From Eutreptiella sp. 'Long Island Sound 2002' (taxonomy: Eukaryota; Protista; Euglenida), in contig OZ038378.1 in NCBI GenBank assembly GCA_964036045.1, positions 42,780,001 to 42,844,000 on the forward strand: a DNA stretch of 64,000 nucleotides, given 5' to 3'. This document shows, in pieces, positions 11,300-25,314 of the stretch. The notes under the pieces were generated by a model. The model did no database searches and was not told the DNA's origin. It saw only the letters and a program-made list of their open reading frames with translations. The first letter of the stretch is position 1; the number at the start of each line of letters is the position of its first letter. The position numbers and the translations under genes were made by a program.

Positions 11300-12049
11300 G
11301 GACATTCACAAATCTTGATGTTCGTTCTCTTTACAAATTATATGCTTTGTCCGTGCATTGTGCTGCCATTTGGTATCCCTGAAGGGTTGGGTCACAAAAT
11401 TCCAAATTATATCACATCCGACCAAAAAGCTATGAGATCTCTGACTGGGATTGCCCTAGCTAGCTAGTTGCTTGGGAAACTCGGTGCTAGCCGATGTCCG
11501 GACTGTTCTAAACAAAGACCCTACCGGGGTACCAATCTTATCAAAGACTTGCCACTTGGCGGCGCAAATAATAAGCATTTCGTCAGTTGGTAAGCATTGG
11601 TCTTGGTTTTCCAGGGCCCTCAGTCTGAGATTGCCAATTTTACATGGGATGGGAGCAGCTTGGTTGCACAATTTGGTTGCTCTTTTCTCTGTTCTTGGAA
11701 CTCATGGCTGCCAACTATGCGGTGTGGTGAACCAAGATATGTTGGTAAAGGACAAGATTTGCATTCTGAGGACAACAGTGAGAACAGCGAGGAGAAGGAA
11801 CCCCCTTCAGCCACCAAAACAAACGCCGCAGAGAATCCTAATGGAGGTAGAAATACGAGGAAAACAGCACAAACGACTAGGACAAAGCGTGTTCGTGAGT
11901 TGGATGAGGGCAACAGTGATGATGATATGCCAGCAAAACGTGTGGAGTCACCAAAGAATACAAAAGCTGCCAAACCTAGCACACTTGCTATGTTAACGGG
12001 ATGTGTGAAGAGGGCAACTGGTGCAGCTTCCTCAAAAGGGAAGAAGTGA
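11300..12049 (+). pseudogene. Decayed coding fragment, possibly DDE-transposase derived
   Basis: One frame with two stops: CIVLPFGIPEG..YITSDQKAMRSLTGIALAS*LLGKLGASRCPDC..., ending in a charged low-complexity tail (KRVRELDEGNSDDD). Confidence 0.3.
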
Positions 12050-12639
12050 TTGATGTTCTTTCCCTCTCTTCGTACGCTTCGCCTTCTTTTTTGCTGGTTT
12101 CGTTTAACAAGCACTTCCATCTTGTGCCCTGCATGATCTTTTGTTGCCCATTTGTGCTTTACATTTCCATTTCGTTACATGTGAATTCACCTGTATTTGT
12201 ACTCATTTTTTAAGGAAAAGCGTGCCAAAGATCACCAAGGCGGAAACACCACATTGGATTACCTATCTCCTGGTACGTGTACCACCTACAGTAGGGAATT
12301 CATGTGTAACAATGATGATATCTTCCTCCTTGGTTGACTGACAGCTTTGAGAAATACATTGTTCAATGTCAATTGTATGTGATTGCAACCTTATTACCTA
12401 ATAGGGTATTTGTTTCTCTCTCTAGGAACCTGGGATGTAGCACAAAGATATATGGGGGGTCCACGACCAGTGCAAAGTTTGTGAAACAAGTGAACCCCCT
12501 TTGTGTTATGCCTGTAGCTTTTTTTGCATAACCAAAGGTAAAAATTGGCTACACTGAGAGTGATTGTTCATTTCCCCCATTGATGTGTTTTAATTGTTTC
12601 CCCTAATTTTTTCATATTTCTACATACATTGTGTAGTTT

Positions 12640-14170
12640 TTAAAATTTGCAAACAAGGGGTTGCAATGGAGGGGGGTTCATGGGGACTTGTTTGACATTG
12701 GTCCTCATCACGCTTTTCCGGCGGGGGTACTTCACGAAAGAAGCCGTCTAAGCTGGTCAACTTTGTGCGTCCCCCGCGTTGGTTGCAGCACAATGTCCTC
12801 CTCCCCTCCGATCAGATCGTGCATCAGATGGCATGGTAATAAAGATTGGAGTTCATCCGCACACCCAAGAGCATCGAGGCCACAATGAACCACCAAATGT
12901 TGGGGACTCCCCCCAAAGAGGGGGGCATGGGACAAATGTATTTGGCGTACAGTCGCAAGTTGCTGCACGCAATGCGGGTGCATCCGGAGCTGTTCCGTTA
13001 CCCTCTGGGAGCACCCGTGCTCCGCATCCAAGCACCCGTGCTAACCTATGTGGCCCTTTTGTAGTCGATGGGCGCGATACCAAGGGTGTCCTTGCAGCTA
13101 ATGCGGTGGCGCCCGGGAGGGCCAAACTTGTATGATAGCGAGGACACAGAGGACGGCCGTTTGTTGGCCTTCCAACAGCCCACAATGGGCCAACTTGAAT
13201 CACCTCGAAGAGACGTTCTTAGATCAAGCGTAGGCGTGGGCGTCATATACCCCCCCTTTGGGGGGGTCATTCGCGTAGCATACCCCAAGGCATGATATTT
13301 GTTGTCCAACCCCTTGTAAAATCATTATTTTGCCCAATAAGACAATCCCCCAATGGATTTTTTTTTATTGGATTGTCGTCGGTGGCGCCGCCGCCGTATT
13401 CGCCTGACCTGGTCTCGAACCGCCGACCAAAAAGTCTGCGGTCGGCTGTATTACCATTCGGCCATTGCTTGCCTTGAGTCAAAAGTTCTCCCCACTGCTT
13501 GGGGCCGCGTCTGTCGGTGACAAAAAACCCAAACCGTGTGTTTCCGTGTGACCGATTGCTGGCCTGGCTAACTCACTGATTGGTTGACCGTCAGCCTCTC
13601 TTCAAGGTGCATTGCCGAAGGCAATAGAGTTTGCAAAGAAATACCACTGGTACTCCCCGACTAGGGCGGCATGCGACTATGGCGATGTTACTTGAGGGGT
13701 ATACCCTGTCTGTGGTATCAAGTTTTGAGGTTTACGCTAAAGGCCAGCCATTATCGGAAGGGGAATGGCACAATGATGGCAGTAAACTCTTAGTACGACC
13801 GGTGTTTGTAGACGCCCATGGGGGCCCACGGACGGGCATGGCGATCACCTGTGGTCAATTTCAATTGATTGTGTGTGTCCACGGCCCACAAACCTCCTAC
13901 AATACAGAGCTGAGGGGTCTGTGTGTCCACCATCACCTAAGATAACAAGGCAGTAGTAGACAATGCCCTACACCCCATCCCCACCGAGAGGCGTCACATT
14001 TTGGCCTCTGCGAGATGGCCGCTCATGTGATCCACGAGAAATCCATCACCGTGGGCTAGATCCCAGGCCACCGCCAACTGTCCGACGCTCGCGACGTGTA
14101 GCAGCGGGTCAAAATCCAGCGCAACAATGAAGTTGAGCGGCTAGCCAAACTGTCACGACCCTCTGCCTAC
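12640..14170 (+). mobile_element. Decayed LINE 3' region with RNase H
   Basis: Post-RT motif LGTPPKEGGMG (~12900), then RNase H motifs in order: WHNDGSK (13772), QTSYNTEL (~13890-13912), DNKAVVD (13941), IPGH (~14060), NNEVERLAK (~14122-14149). Confidence 0.65.
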
Positions 14171-17100
14171 CCCTGTTCACCCAGACCTCCCCCTCTAGCA
14201 TCTCTCTTGGCGGCACTGAAGCCCGTGCCCTAGCGAAAAAGTGGATCGCGCCACTGGGACCGTACCCCACCCACCCGGGGGCGTGGCTCCCGCTGCGAGC
14301 ACAGCGGCGCCGGGAGTGGCTCTAGTGGGTGTGGGGCAACATCCGCTGGCGTCGGTGCTTCCCCCTCCCCCCTAGGAAAAAGCGAAGGTTCACTATGAGC
14401 TTTGTCACGACATGCACTGTGGCACACTGCACGCCTGCCTCATCCACAGCTCTGCTTGGCGCCTGGTTACAAATAGCAGCATTTTGTTTCAACAAACAAA
14501 CGATTAATGGATGCAAAGCCAAGCCCTCCTCATCATCAATGAAAATTTGTTGCATGACAAGCAGAACACTGGTAATGCTCACGTGAGGAAATTGCTACCA
14601 GTCACATGGACCACAAAGACTTTTATGCCACCGAGCAATCTTTGGCACGCTTTTTTAAAAGATCCTAGTTTTTTTTGTGGCTGACACCAGACTGAGTTCA
14701 GGCTATCCGGGGTACGGTGTGCGTAGGCACTCACGCCCAGAGAATATGTACAGTATGGATTGGGTAGCCTGCAGCTTCATGCGGACGAGGCATGTCTCCG
14801 TGTTGGGGACGCTATGGGGGGGGGGGGGGCAATTTGCAGCTACTGCACACGTTATGCAGCGGTGTAGGCTACCACGGCTTTGTCAAGCCCAGCAAATTCA
14901 GATCACAGGAGTTGGACATGGGGGGGGGGGGGCGGACTTCGTGTGGGGTACGGGGCACGGGTTTGGTTTATGGGAGGAGCGCCCAAATGCACACATCCTC
15001 GGGCGGTAGAGCCGGGCTAAATATCCGGTCTAGCGTCGCCCCATTGGATAGGAGACCCAGTGAGCTGGATGCCGTCAGTGAAGTAAAAAAAGAGTCTGTC
15101 GCACTAGGGACCCAATGGAATACACTACGCACGTGCCTCCCTGGAGATTGGGGCATGGGAGTTTGCCACTCATGCCCCCAGGCGAGAGGACACGTTTGCG
15201 TTTTAGGAGGAGGTGGCGGACGATGTCGGACTCCGTGGCTAGGTGGCCAGGTGGGTTTGTTCAGAAATCCTAGCTTGTGAATCGTCAATGAACAGTTTTT
15301 GAATAGTGGGACACAAGCTGCACACCACACCATAGGGTTGCTACGCAAATTGCTTGGGAACAGAGTTCGCAGAAAATGGGGCAATCGTGAACCGCCCTCA
15401 TGGGTTGCGATTTGGTGAATGCAGAGGAGTGGTATCAGAAATATGGGCATGATTCTTGCTCATGCCAGAAGAGATGTTTATTTTTTTTAAAGATGAAGCA
15501 TGCGATGGCCACGGATGTATCGGCCTGTATCTCGCAATGTGCAGCTAGTTCTTATGTAGTTGATGAAATTGTGAAATAAGTTCGCAAGTATCTTAAAATG
15601 GTGGCCGAGGTTTGATGCTCTCACCGTTTGAACCATTATACTCACAGAACTCATTTCCCGTACCTTGTGACCCACTTCACGGACCTTATGCCTATAAATT
15701 CAATACATGGTACTGCCGGATGTCTTGTTTAATCCGCACTATGCGAGCCATATTTGGAAGCCATCTGTTGCAATTGACCACGAAGGGAACATCGTCTGGA
15801 TTGGTCTACTCATCGTTTGGATTGGTCTCCTCATGCCTCGCACTGCACCACGCACCAGATGTTCGGTGGCTTGAGGGGTGGGGGTGGGGTGAAGTATGAC
15901 GTTGTCTAACATTTTGAGGATGTAGCATGGTCGAGATAGGCAAGAATATTACCAATTCTAGCAAAAATCCCCAATTTCTCCGCGTAACATGTGCGTTGTA
16001 CGTCCGTTGTGGGTGCGTTGTGTGTGCCTCCTATGTGCACGTGTGCGCACGGCTGTGCACAAACGCCCCTAGTTGGTGCCTGTGTTGCTTGGTGTCTTTG
16101 CATTGCATCTCCTTCCGCTGTTGCCATGTGCCATCCAGAGCTGCACAACAGCGTCGTCTCGTGTGCATGGTTAGGGCATGGGTTGCCAGGTTGGCAGGAC
16201 GTAACAGAGCTTTCTTCGGGTCGCTGATTGGCGCTAGTGTAGGGCTGGTTGACCTCGACAAAGTGCTGAATGTTGGTACTGCATGTCATTTGCTCAAGCC
16301 TAGGGCATGGCAAAAGCCCTGGAGGCACAGACCTTTATGCTGGGTGCTAGGTCCCTGTTCTTGCCCCTTGACCTTGTACTGCAGAAAAGTGCCTAGTTTG
16401 CTAGTGTGTATTGGCCCAGGTTGCTGGTGTGTATGGGGCGTCTGTGTGACGAGAAGTGGACGACACTCTCGGCTGGTTGTTTTGCTCCTTGTGGGTCGCT
16501 TTGTTCACGAAATGTGTGTGTAGGTGAGTACGTTGTCTTAGCTGTTGAGGTTACTTTTGAACCACGATGACATTCTTGCCGTTTGCTTAAACCCTTCACC
16601 TTTGTGGAATCCCTGGATTGCCTTCTGCGATGACATCGTTGACTTTTGTGCAAGGCTGCTCGTTGTCATTTTTTTCATCGGCAAATTGTTGTCCTACTAT
16701 GAACTACGTATGCTCGCGAAGGGACCTACAAGGTGTGATGAGTTCCTTCCCGTCTTTTATTTGTCTCCTACCACACCTCTCCATCCCCCAACACATGTCC
16801 TGTTCCTTGACAAGATTTGGATGGGCGATCCCATTCCACACCTCAAAACGTACCTCAATGCTTGCTTGGTCGTTCATTCAAATGCTCTCTTTTCCTCATC
16901 TAGGGTGGCATCACTTTTTGTGGAGGGAGTGCGCTTTCGCTTTTCAGGGGAAGGGGTGCCGGATTTGAAGAGTGTGGGATGGAAAAAGAAGCACCAAAAT
17001 GGGTACCCTTTTTTGAATGAACTACGCAACGACACACACAAATGCACTAGAAATGAGGGCTAGGCATGCAAGCAACTCATATAACTGCATGCCAAGCCTC

Positions 17101-18171
17101 ATTGTTACTCGTACTAGGCACCACTATGCAGCTTTGGTATGGTCCTTGCACAACCTTTGTGCACAGCAGGCGCACAACGTGCAATATGCCCCCAACAGGG
17201 CACACTGCTTCCCCGGCCAAGACGAAAAGCTAGATTGGCACATGTGTGCACATGGTCACCTTTAGTGTCACCAGCTGCGTACTAATACGGACAAACCTGG
17301 GGTTCCTTCGAATGGGATCCACAATTGCGGACTCGTGAAGACAAAATGCGCCTAGAAGGTGCCCACAACGTGCAAACACACTCGGGTAACACCAAGGAAA
17401 AAAGCGACTTGGCTCATTTCTACGGGCCCACACGCGCGCACACACACATAGGTTTGCCATACATGTAGGTTTGTGCAGTGTTGCTTGACTTAAAACGGAC
17501 TTTGCTTGTGGTGTAGAGACTTTCCTCGCGAAGGCTCTCCCAACAAACAAGGTTAAAGATATCCAAAGCAGAAAGGCGTTACAGATGTTCGGAGGGTGGC
17601 GTGATGCCCATGCATGTCTAGGACCCAGCACCCCAAACTAGGGCTGATCCGGGGGATGTCCTTGCACTGTGCGCGCACGAGCACTACTTTTAGACTACGT
17701 TCCCGCCGAAAAACCCCCAAGCACACCCCTTCCCAACACCCTTCAAATTCGGCAACCCCAAGTGCCCTAGCCGAAGACATTTGTAGCTACCTTCCCTTCA
17801 CATAAGATATAATGCAAAATTGAAAACACCATGCACGACGGCGGTTGCCACCCAGGGTATCACACACAACGACGTGCAACCCTCTGTTCAATTGTCAAAA
17901 TAAATAAAATCTCAGGATAAGCAACTTGTGTGCACAACATGACATAGTTGCAGAATTAAAGCACTATCATGTTGTCACATGTATGAGTTAAAATGCAATC
18001 CGTACAATATGGCAACTGACATTTGTGACATATGGACATCTTCTCAGGGTCAGACTTGGTGCAACAAAGGGTACATACATCCCCATTGTCATCCACAACA
18101 TTCTCATCATCATTGTTTTGCTTTGTAGTTGCGGCCCATACATTGTGCAAGTACATGTTCCCTCAGACACC

Positions 18172-18313
18172 CGGACACCCAAAAACACCCAAAACGGGGT
18201 TTTTTTTTAAAAAAAACCCGTTTTCCAGATTTTTTTTCCAAGACAAAAAATATGATTTTTCGCAATATTGTGACGTCTGAGGCCTTTTTACGGGTGTTTT
18301 AGGGTTTTTTGGG
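18172..18313. repeat. Short inverted-repeat or palindromic element
   Basis: Near-perfect palindrome AAAACGGGGTTTTTTTTAAAAAAAACCCGTTTT (~18191-18224). Outer CCCAAAAACACCC is matched by GGGTGTTTTAGGGTTTTTTGGG. Confidence 0.55.
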
Positions 18314-19982
18314 CATGCACATAACCTTGCCACGATGCGTCTCTTATTTTTACAACTCTGAATGCAATGGAAGTGAATGTTGCTTCGTGCTAGTTGTGGT
18401 CTGGACATTGCTCTTTTTTCTAAACCTTGGATGCATTGTTGTTGATTCTTGGTTGTGGTTTGGACATCATTGTTGATTGTTTTTCCAACTCTCTGACTCC
18501 ACTCCTGAACTTTTTGGGCTCTACTAGTGTGCCATGAATTTTATTTTGATGCTTGCCATAGGTCCCACTGTCCCAATTTCTGCCGTGCTGGCATCTGTTG
18601 GTGTATCAGGAAATTGATTTTTTGAGTGATGTTTGCCATACGCACCTTGCACATCCGGGCATCAAGAGTCCTGGTTCATCCGGCTTGTATACCTTTCCTG
18701 CATCCATGCCTGCATATAGATGGTGAAAGAGTGGGGGCTTTCGGCTGGGCACCGGGCTCTGTGTGGGGCGGCGGAGATGGAGCGCAATGAGGTGGCAAAT
18801 CCGAACTGAAGATGGAAAAGGAGCTGGACTCCATGTTGCACTGCCGATTTACCACTGTCACCGCATTAGTAGCATTCCAAGTGGGGGAATCCATCTGCCG
18901 TCCCAACCACCGTGGCACTGACTCACATGCCGTTGGAGGGGGTGTAGAACACCGTGTCTCCAATACTAGGATAGATGGAGAGAGTGGTCTAAGAAATGAG
19001 GAGAGAAATATGCTGTCCTGCAGTAGGCACCCTCAAAGTGTACACCATATAACGAGCTTTGAGTGCCTAGTTCGCAACATATGAGGGCTACACCTGCGCA
19101 CTGCACGCGCCACAGGGCAGGAGTGTTCCTCTTAAATTGCAAAAACACTGAAACTTGCCACAAGAAGGGAAAAACACCATTCCATGACCATTTGGAGTAC
19201 CTGCCTGTACAAAACCCACTGGGTGAACAGCAGAAGGACCGCACTTGAGCCGGGGAATAGCTCCAAATGCAGGATCTTCATTGAGCAACCAACGACATTT
19301 GCATAGCACCTCGTCTTGCGAATTTGGTGCTCAAAGCATGGGCGTTTGATGACAAGGTAGCAAAAGGGAACCCCTACCTTCTCAGGTAGCCTAACATAAC
19401 CCCTGACTTCTTGAGCATGACCACATGGGCTAAAGTATTTCACGAACCCCTTCAAACACAACAAAGTGTAGAGGAAGCAAACTTGGTACCCATAGACCGT
19501 GGGCGGAATGGCTAAATGACCCGGCATTCCCCATCACCCCAACCCCGAGCCCCAACACACACGGGTGGGGGGGGGGGGGCACTCAAAAATGAAAAAAGAG
19601 TCCCCAAAGGACGTATTGCACAATGTAGAGGGGTGGAGTATGAAACAGTATTGAATACAATAACAATAAATTGCCCATCTTGTTTGTTGTCAGAATTCTT
19701 CCTAACGTGCGCCGCAGGTGCGCATCACGGGTGTCGCCCTCTATGTGCAAAAAGAGGGAGGCGGAATGTAAAGAAGCGGGGGAGTCCTTAACCCTATGTG
19801 GGCCTGTCTATGCTTCCACAATGAGCACCTCTCCTCCCATTGAAGACTTAAGACGCTTAGATTCCCCATAGGACTGAAATAGGGGGAAAGGGGGGGGGGA
19901 CCTTGCCGGGCACGCTAACGTTCCCTAAAAGTGGCTACATATTGCTTGCCGTCTCCGTGGCCTAGAAATGAGCAAGCTATGT

Positions 19983-20140
19983 GGCTACATCACCCCTACC
20001 TTCTCGGGGTCACCATTGTGGGGAGAGATCAATATGGCTACATCACCCTTGCCTTCTTGGGTCCCCAGGGTGGGGAGAAGTCAATATGGCGACATAGCCC
20101 CTGCATTCTTGGGGTGCCCATGGTGGGAGAAATCCACCTA
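19983..20140. repeat. Tandem repeat, about 53-bp unit, 3 copies
   Basis: GGCTACATCACCC...TTCT.GGGGT...GGGAGA..TCAATAT at 19983, 20036 and 20088. Confidence 0.85.
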
Positions 20141-20215
20141 GAACGGAGTGAATGTGGTGGAAATGAGCAAAAAATGTGTGAAAAGGGGTGGTAATGGGTG
20201 AAACGTGAAATTCCA

Positions 20216-20360
20216 AAAATGCCATATCCCCGGTGTGGAAGAAGCATCAAAACCTGCAGTCAAACAACAATGATGCCCAGAGTATCACACAGTATGGGTT
20301 TTTGGGACGGCCAGACGCCAAAATAGCCGCACTGCGCACACTGCGCTAAGTGCGCCCCCT
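20216..20360 (+). repeat. Dispersed repeat, copy 2 (homologous to 4564-4712)
   Basis: Same motif string as copy 1. Confidence 0.85.
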
Positions 20361-22349
20361 CGGTGTTCAAACCCCTTCAATACCCAGCCCCTACTTGATT
20401 GTTGTGTCTGTTCAGGTCAAAATATGTGCCGTTGGGAAGCGGTGTAGGATAGGGAATCGCTCCCAGGGAAAGGATTCTGCAGGGGCCATGCAAGGTAGTT
20501 GTGAAAGCAGTCAGTGCTGAGCAGGGTGTGCGACGGTTTGTGGTGGTGACGGAGGTTGTGGCGGTTGGCAGAGGTTGGGGGTTAAAGACACTTGCCGTTT
20601 TGGCTAAGATGCAAATGGTCGCGCAAGGTGGGGGCGGTTGGGGGGGCGTTGCCTATGTCCCAGTCAGGACACTGCTCTGCCGGGTGTGCAACCACGCACA
20701 GCCGATCCCTGTACCTTCACAGGAAAGCATGGTGGTGCGCTGGGTGTTCTCTTGCTTGGAACCCAACAAGCCACTCCAGCTGTCTGTTGGAAACTCGGAC
20801 ACGCAGGGCGGTTAATCGCTCCCACAGTCGACGATGCAATCCTGAAGGACCTGTCCAATATAAGACAAGTAGCCGCCGGACCCCAGCCCAAATCTTGGGG
20901 GACCGGGACATTCCCTAGTGGAACAATACAAAGGAAACCCCTGTAGGTACGCTTTCAGGGGCTGAAAAAACTCCTACACCGCCATCAATCTGCTCATCAA
21001 CCGCTGGCGGCCCACTGGAGCCCCCTTCCCCTTCAAGCGCAGCCAGCCCCCACGCGGACAATGTGGGGAAAGAACTGAAAGATGCAGACACTGCACCTCA
21101 TGCGGTCTGGACAAGGCTCTCCGTTCTTTCATTCGTGCGTGTGGCGCCCTCACCGCTCTGCCGGCGTTGCGATGTAGACACCGGACATCCCGAGCAGGGG
21201 GCATGGAGGGGGGGGGGGGGCACACCACAGGACAGCAGAGCAGGGATGTATTCTGCTGCCCCTCCCCACCCCCCAAGCCCCTCCACCAGGGATGCATTGG
21301 AAAGGGGGCAGGTACCCCCCCCCCCCTTCTGTGAGCCAAGCCTGCGGCCCAGCCACTCTCTCCCGTCAGCCGCCAACAGCATTGGCAAGAAACAGCAACC
21401 TCTCGGAGCCATTTTGCCAACTACTGACACCCCTGCTGCGGACCCCTAAGGCTCGAGTGCATCCCTGCCCTCCACCCACGATGATACTGAATCCCACATG
21501 ACACCGGTCCGCAACACCGGTTGCCGGCAGCAACCAGCGCACTGTCACCCAGACCTCAGCCTGGCCAAACGGTTCCCTGCGGCGCCACTACAGTGTCTTT
21601 TCGTCGTTTGTCATGGGGCTGCAGGCCCCACACACCCCAACCCCGCCCAGAAAAATGACGTCCATTGCATACCCATCCCCATCCTGGAGCATTCTGGGGC
21701 ATGGGGATGTCTGGTGGGGACCACCAGGCGTGCCAATTTGCATGTGCTTTGGCCAACGCCGCCAGATGGTGCGGGTTTCAGGACAAAGCCCCTGACAGCA
21801 GATCGCCGGGATCACAGGATCAGGCGCCGCAGAGCGTAGGTGGCGCCTCCGACAGGGGCCCGGCACGGCAGAAGGGGGGCATTGGCGTTGGCTGCTGTGC
21901 CATGCAGGACTGCTGCAATGCAGCTCCGCCTCCTTCCCTGCCTGTTGTAGCCTCATTACGGAGGTTAGCAAGATGAGGTTGAGAGGGTCAGGGGGAGATC
22001 TGGGGAGGTTTGCCGTAAAGGCTGAGTAAGGTTTTGCAGGTAATTTTGTGTTTGGGGGGGGCGGGGGGCTGGACGTAATCAAGGTGAGCTAAGTGAAGGT
22101 GCAGGGGGCAAAAATGTAGAGGAGGGGGGGGACTGTCCCCAGTCAATTGACAGCATTTGGCGGTACACGCGACGGTGCACAAGGTGTGGGGGAAAGAGGG
22201 GATCTGGTTCCTGAAGGAGGGGGGGGGGGAGGAAGGAAAGGGCTCCCAAAGGACCCCCGGGAGAGGGCAGACGGAGATGCGTAATCAAGGGGACTGGGCA
22301 GAAGCCGGCACTGAAAGCCGATGAGAGAACAAACAACACATGGGCTGCA

Positions 22350-22503
22350 TCAGAGATTATACACAGTTGACGTGGCGTCCCCAGAGGCTGGGCGTGCCTC
22401 GTGAGCCTGGATGACAATCAACTTTGTGGACTCGGTCCGGCACTTCACCAAGCAGCTCCGCACGAAGTCCAACGGGGCCCGGTCCCCCAACTGAGCGGAT
22501 GTG
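22350..22503 (-). CDS. BTB/pentapeptide-repeat gene, probable last exon (3' end uncertain)
   Basis: CAG acceptor after the (GA)n/(CA)n microsatellite. The phase-2 junction matches the previous exon. TSAQLGDRAPLDFVRSCLVKCRTESTKLIVIQ...YNL*. Confidence 0.55.
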
Positions 22504-22506
22504 CTG

Positions 22507-22514
22507 CACACACA

Positions 22515-22554
<40 letters not shown>
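22507..22554. repeat. Compound (CA)n(GA)n microsatellite at an intron 3' end
   Basis: Seen directly. Confidence 0.97.
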
Positions 22555-24904
22555 TGCACATGACAATGGAGCGTGGCGACAACACGGATGAAGTGAGAGA
22601 GACAGGGGTGGACGGGTTTTCAATGGAAGCGGGGGAGGGGCCCAATAGAGCCCACTGGTCAGACCCCCTCCCCAAAAAAGGCTGACGAGGCCCCCAGGGC
22701 CCCGAGGGTCATCCGGATCCCAAAATTTGGAAAAGAAATGAAACTGCGATTTTGGGAATTTGGATTTTTTGGCGCGTTGCTGGGGTCCAGAAAGGTCATC
22801 ATTTGCCTTGTAGCAGCAGAAGTGCAGCCGCAACAACAGCAGCAGCGGTGGGAGCAATTGACAATCCAGTCAACCAACTTGTGTTGTTCTTCAAATCCCC
22901 CTCTTTTCCCCACGTTTAACCCAATTTTACGTCCTGTGTCACGTCTGAAAGAGGGCTGCAGACAGCGGTGGGGTGTTTCTTGCTGTCTTGGGGAAATGGG
23001 ATGTTCATATGGGGGCGGGGGGGCAGGGGTCAATAGAGCACTCGAAAACTGGGGGGAGGGGGGGGGTCTGTAAAATGCTCCATTGACAGGGACTCTCTCC
23101 GACCTAAAACTTTGCAGTCGGCCGCGTTACCATTCAACCGGCGTACGATGTAACAGCAATTGGCCTCCCCATTGCTTGCAGCCTGCTGAGCGAAAACTTT
23201 TGACCCCCTCCCCCCCCCTCAAAAAAGTGGTATCCAGTTTTAGGGGACAGAGCCCTCAGAATGGCCGGATCCTTATTCAATTGCCCGAGGCTGTCAACTT
23301 TCACATGGAAAGTGTTGCATTGCATCTCCAAAGACGCTCACCGACACCCTCCACCCGAAATTGTGGGATTACACGTGCCTGTTGTGCAAAAATGGGGGGC
23401 ACTTGTGGGATGTTTGAGGTTCCCTCCCCCGCCACTCCGAGCACCAACCTGTCAAGCGGGGATATTCAAAGACCAAGAGGCTGGTGTCTTTAATCCTTGT
23501 GAAATAGGTCTCTGGTTGGCATGACCCAGTTCCCCAGTTCCCCCGTACCTTGTCTGGACCCAATATTCCTGGCAGCAGTGCCCCGCACCGTTTCACCTTC
23601 AGAAAATGCAGGAGAGCCATTATTGTCAGGATTGGTGCTTGTGATTCTTTGTTATCTGTTTTGTCACACATGTTTGTTGAACATGTCTTCATTGGACCAT
23701 CCCCCAGGGACACTGGCTGTCCACAGTTCCACAGCTGCAGCGGTGACCGCGGTTGGTGCCCTCAGCAGGCGGCAGAGTGGTGGCGGCACAAGGCGTGATG
23801 GGTGTGGATGCCAAAAAACAGAACAATTTCATTAAAGCCCCGATTTTTTTGGGGGGCCTTCAGCTGGTGGCTCATCAATGGCCCTTCAGACGAACCCTAC
23901 CCCCCTGCAAGCGTTGGGGGGGGGGGGGGGGGGCACTGCTTTTCGACTTTTTGCCCACCTCAGAGGGCGGCCTTGTCAGAGCCTAAGGCGGGGCTTAAAA
24001 GCGGGGGCAAGCTCCCATTGCTGCGCATTCGTTCGCACTTGAGTGTACTTGAGGGGCTCAGCACTGCAATATGCAGTGTGTCCGTCTGTGTTCTTTGTCG
24101 TTGCTTTTGGCACAGGGGAGCGCTGCGTCACAACACAGGGACGACAAAGGGACATGGCTGGTGGATGAGGCAGAGGGCATTTGCGAAACCGCAGAGAACA
24201 AGGATCACCAGGGGTGGTAGGTTGGTAGGAAGATGTCCATTCTGGTACGGGTGCGCAGTTAAAAGAGGGGGGCGGGGGTGGGGGGTAGCATGACCATCCA
24301 TTCCACGGGGGATATTACATGCGGGGGGATGGCAGTGGTGCAGGGGGAGGGGCGGGGTATCCAAAAGGGCATACAAGGAAGCCAGTATATGACCGCAGTA
24401 CAGCCTTTGGGGTTCAAGAGCGCCACTCGAGTTGCAGGCCGAGTTTTTGACAGCTGGGGTTCCAGCGTTCCGCATCCTTGGGTCCTCCAGAAAAGTAGAG
24501 AAAGAATGAATGATAGTGCTGCTCAAGTTGTCGTCTCCTTAGGGGGAGGCAGGGGGGGGGGGGGGAGGGTAGCTCTCCACACCCAGGAAAAGCAGGGCTG
24601 TCAGTTCTGGGGGGATGGAGCAGGGCTGTGCTTTACCCAGACGGTAGGGGGTGGGAGGCAGGGCGGGTTGGGGTCTTGGACCAAGGGTGTATACACCGAC
24701 AACGGCCCAAGAATGTTTTGGTTTGTAGACTTTGATTTTTGCCCTGAGGCATCTTTGGTCGGCCGCAGGGGGCCTCAAATGGTCAGGTCGCAATGTCCGC
24801 ATTAGGCTCTGGCCGCACCTGTCCCACGGCTGTCATCGTGTTCTGTCGCAGGCTGCAGGGGGGGGGGGGGGGTGCCAGAAAGGCTGAAGGAGTATGCCGG
24901 TTGA

Positions 24905-25150
24905 TACTTCCAGGTGTACGCACCTGTTTGCCTTTTGAGGAGCGAATCCTCCACTCGTGGATTGGTGGGTTGGTAGCCCACCTGTTGCATTGGGGATTAA
25001 GGGGATGAGAGGTGGGCAGCCCGCTCGGCTACCCCTGACAGCCGAGAGAAATTATTTTTGCTAGGTGAGAGTGGCAGAGTTGTCCTCTGTTGCTTCTACC
25101 CCTTGGCGTCCCTCCCATGCCGGTGCCGGCATGTTTCACACAAAGTCTTT
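24905..25150 (+). repeat. Dispersed repeat family (related copies at ~25820-25900 and ~28430-28690)
   Basis: Shared CCTTTTGAGGA..GAATCCTCCAC and GAGAGT.GG...GTTGTCC...GCTTCT..CCTTGG.GTCCCTCCCATGCCGG.GCCGGCATG. Confidence 0.75.
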
Positions 25151-25314
25151 CCCAAGGCTGTGCAGTTTGCAGGGGGGGAAATCATACTTCCATTTCCCCC
25201 TTTCAAGCACAGCCCTGGAGTAGTGAAAGTGCACAGCGAAAAGGAGTGGGGAAAGCAGATAAGGCGGGCAGGTGGTGGGGGGGGGCGGCGGCTATGGAAG
25301 ACCCATGAACGCAC

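Noticed and set aside
16545-17063. 172-aa plus-strand ORF as a gene
   Set aside because: No motif or splice support; the opposite strand looks like a decayed charged ORF, so this is probably a shadow.
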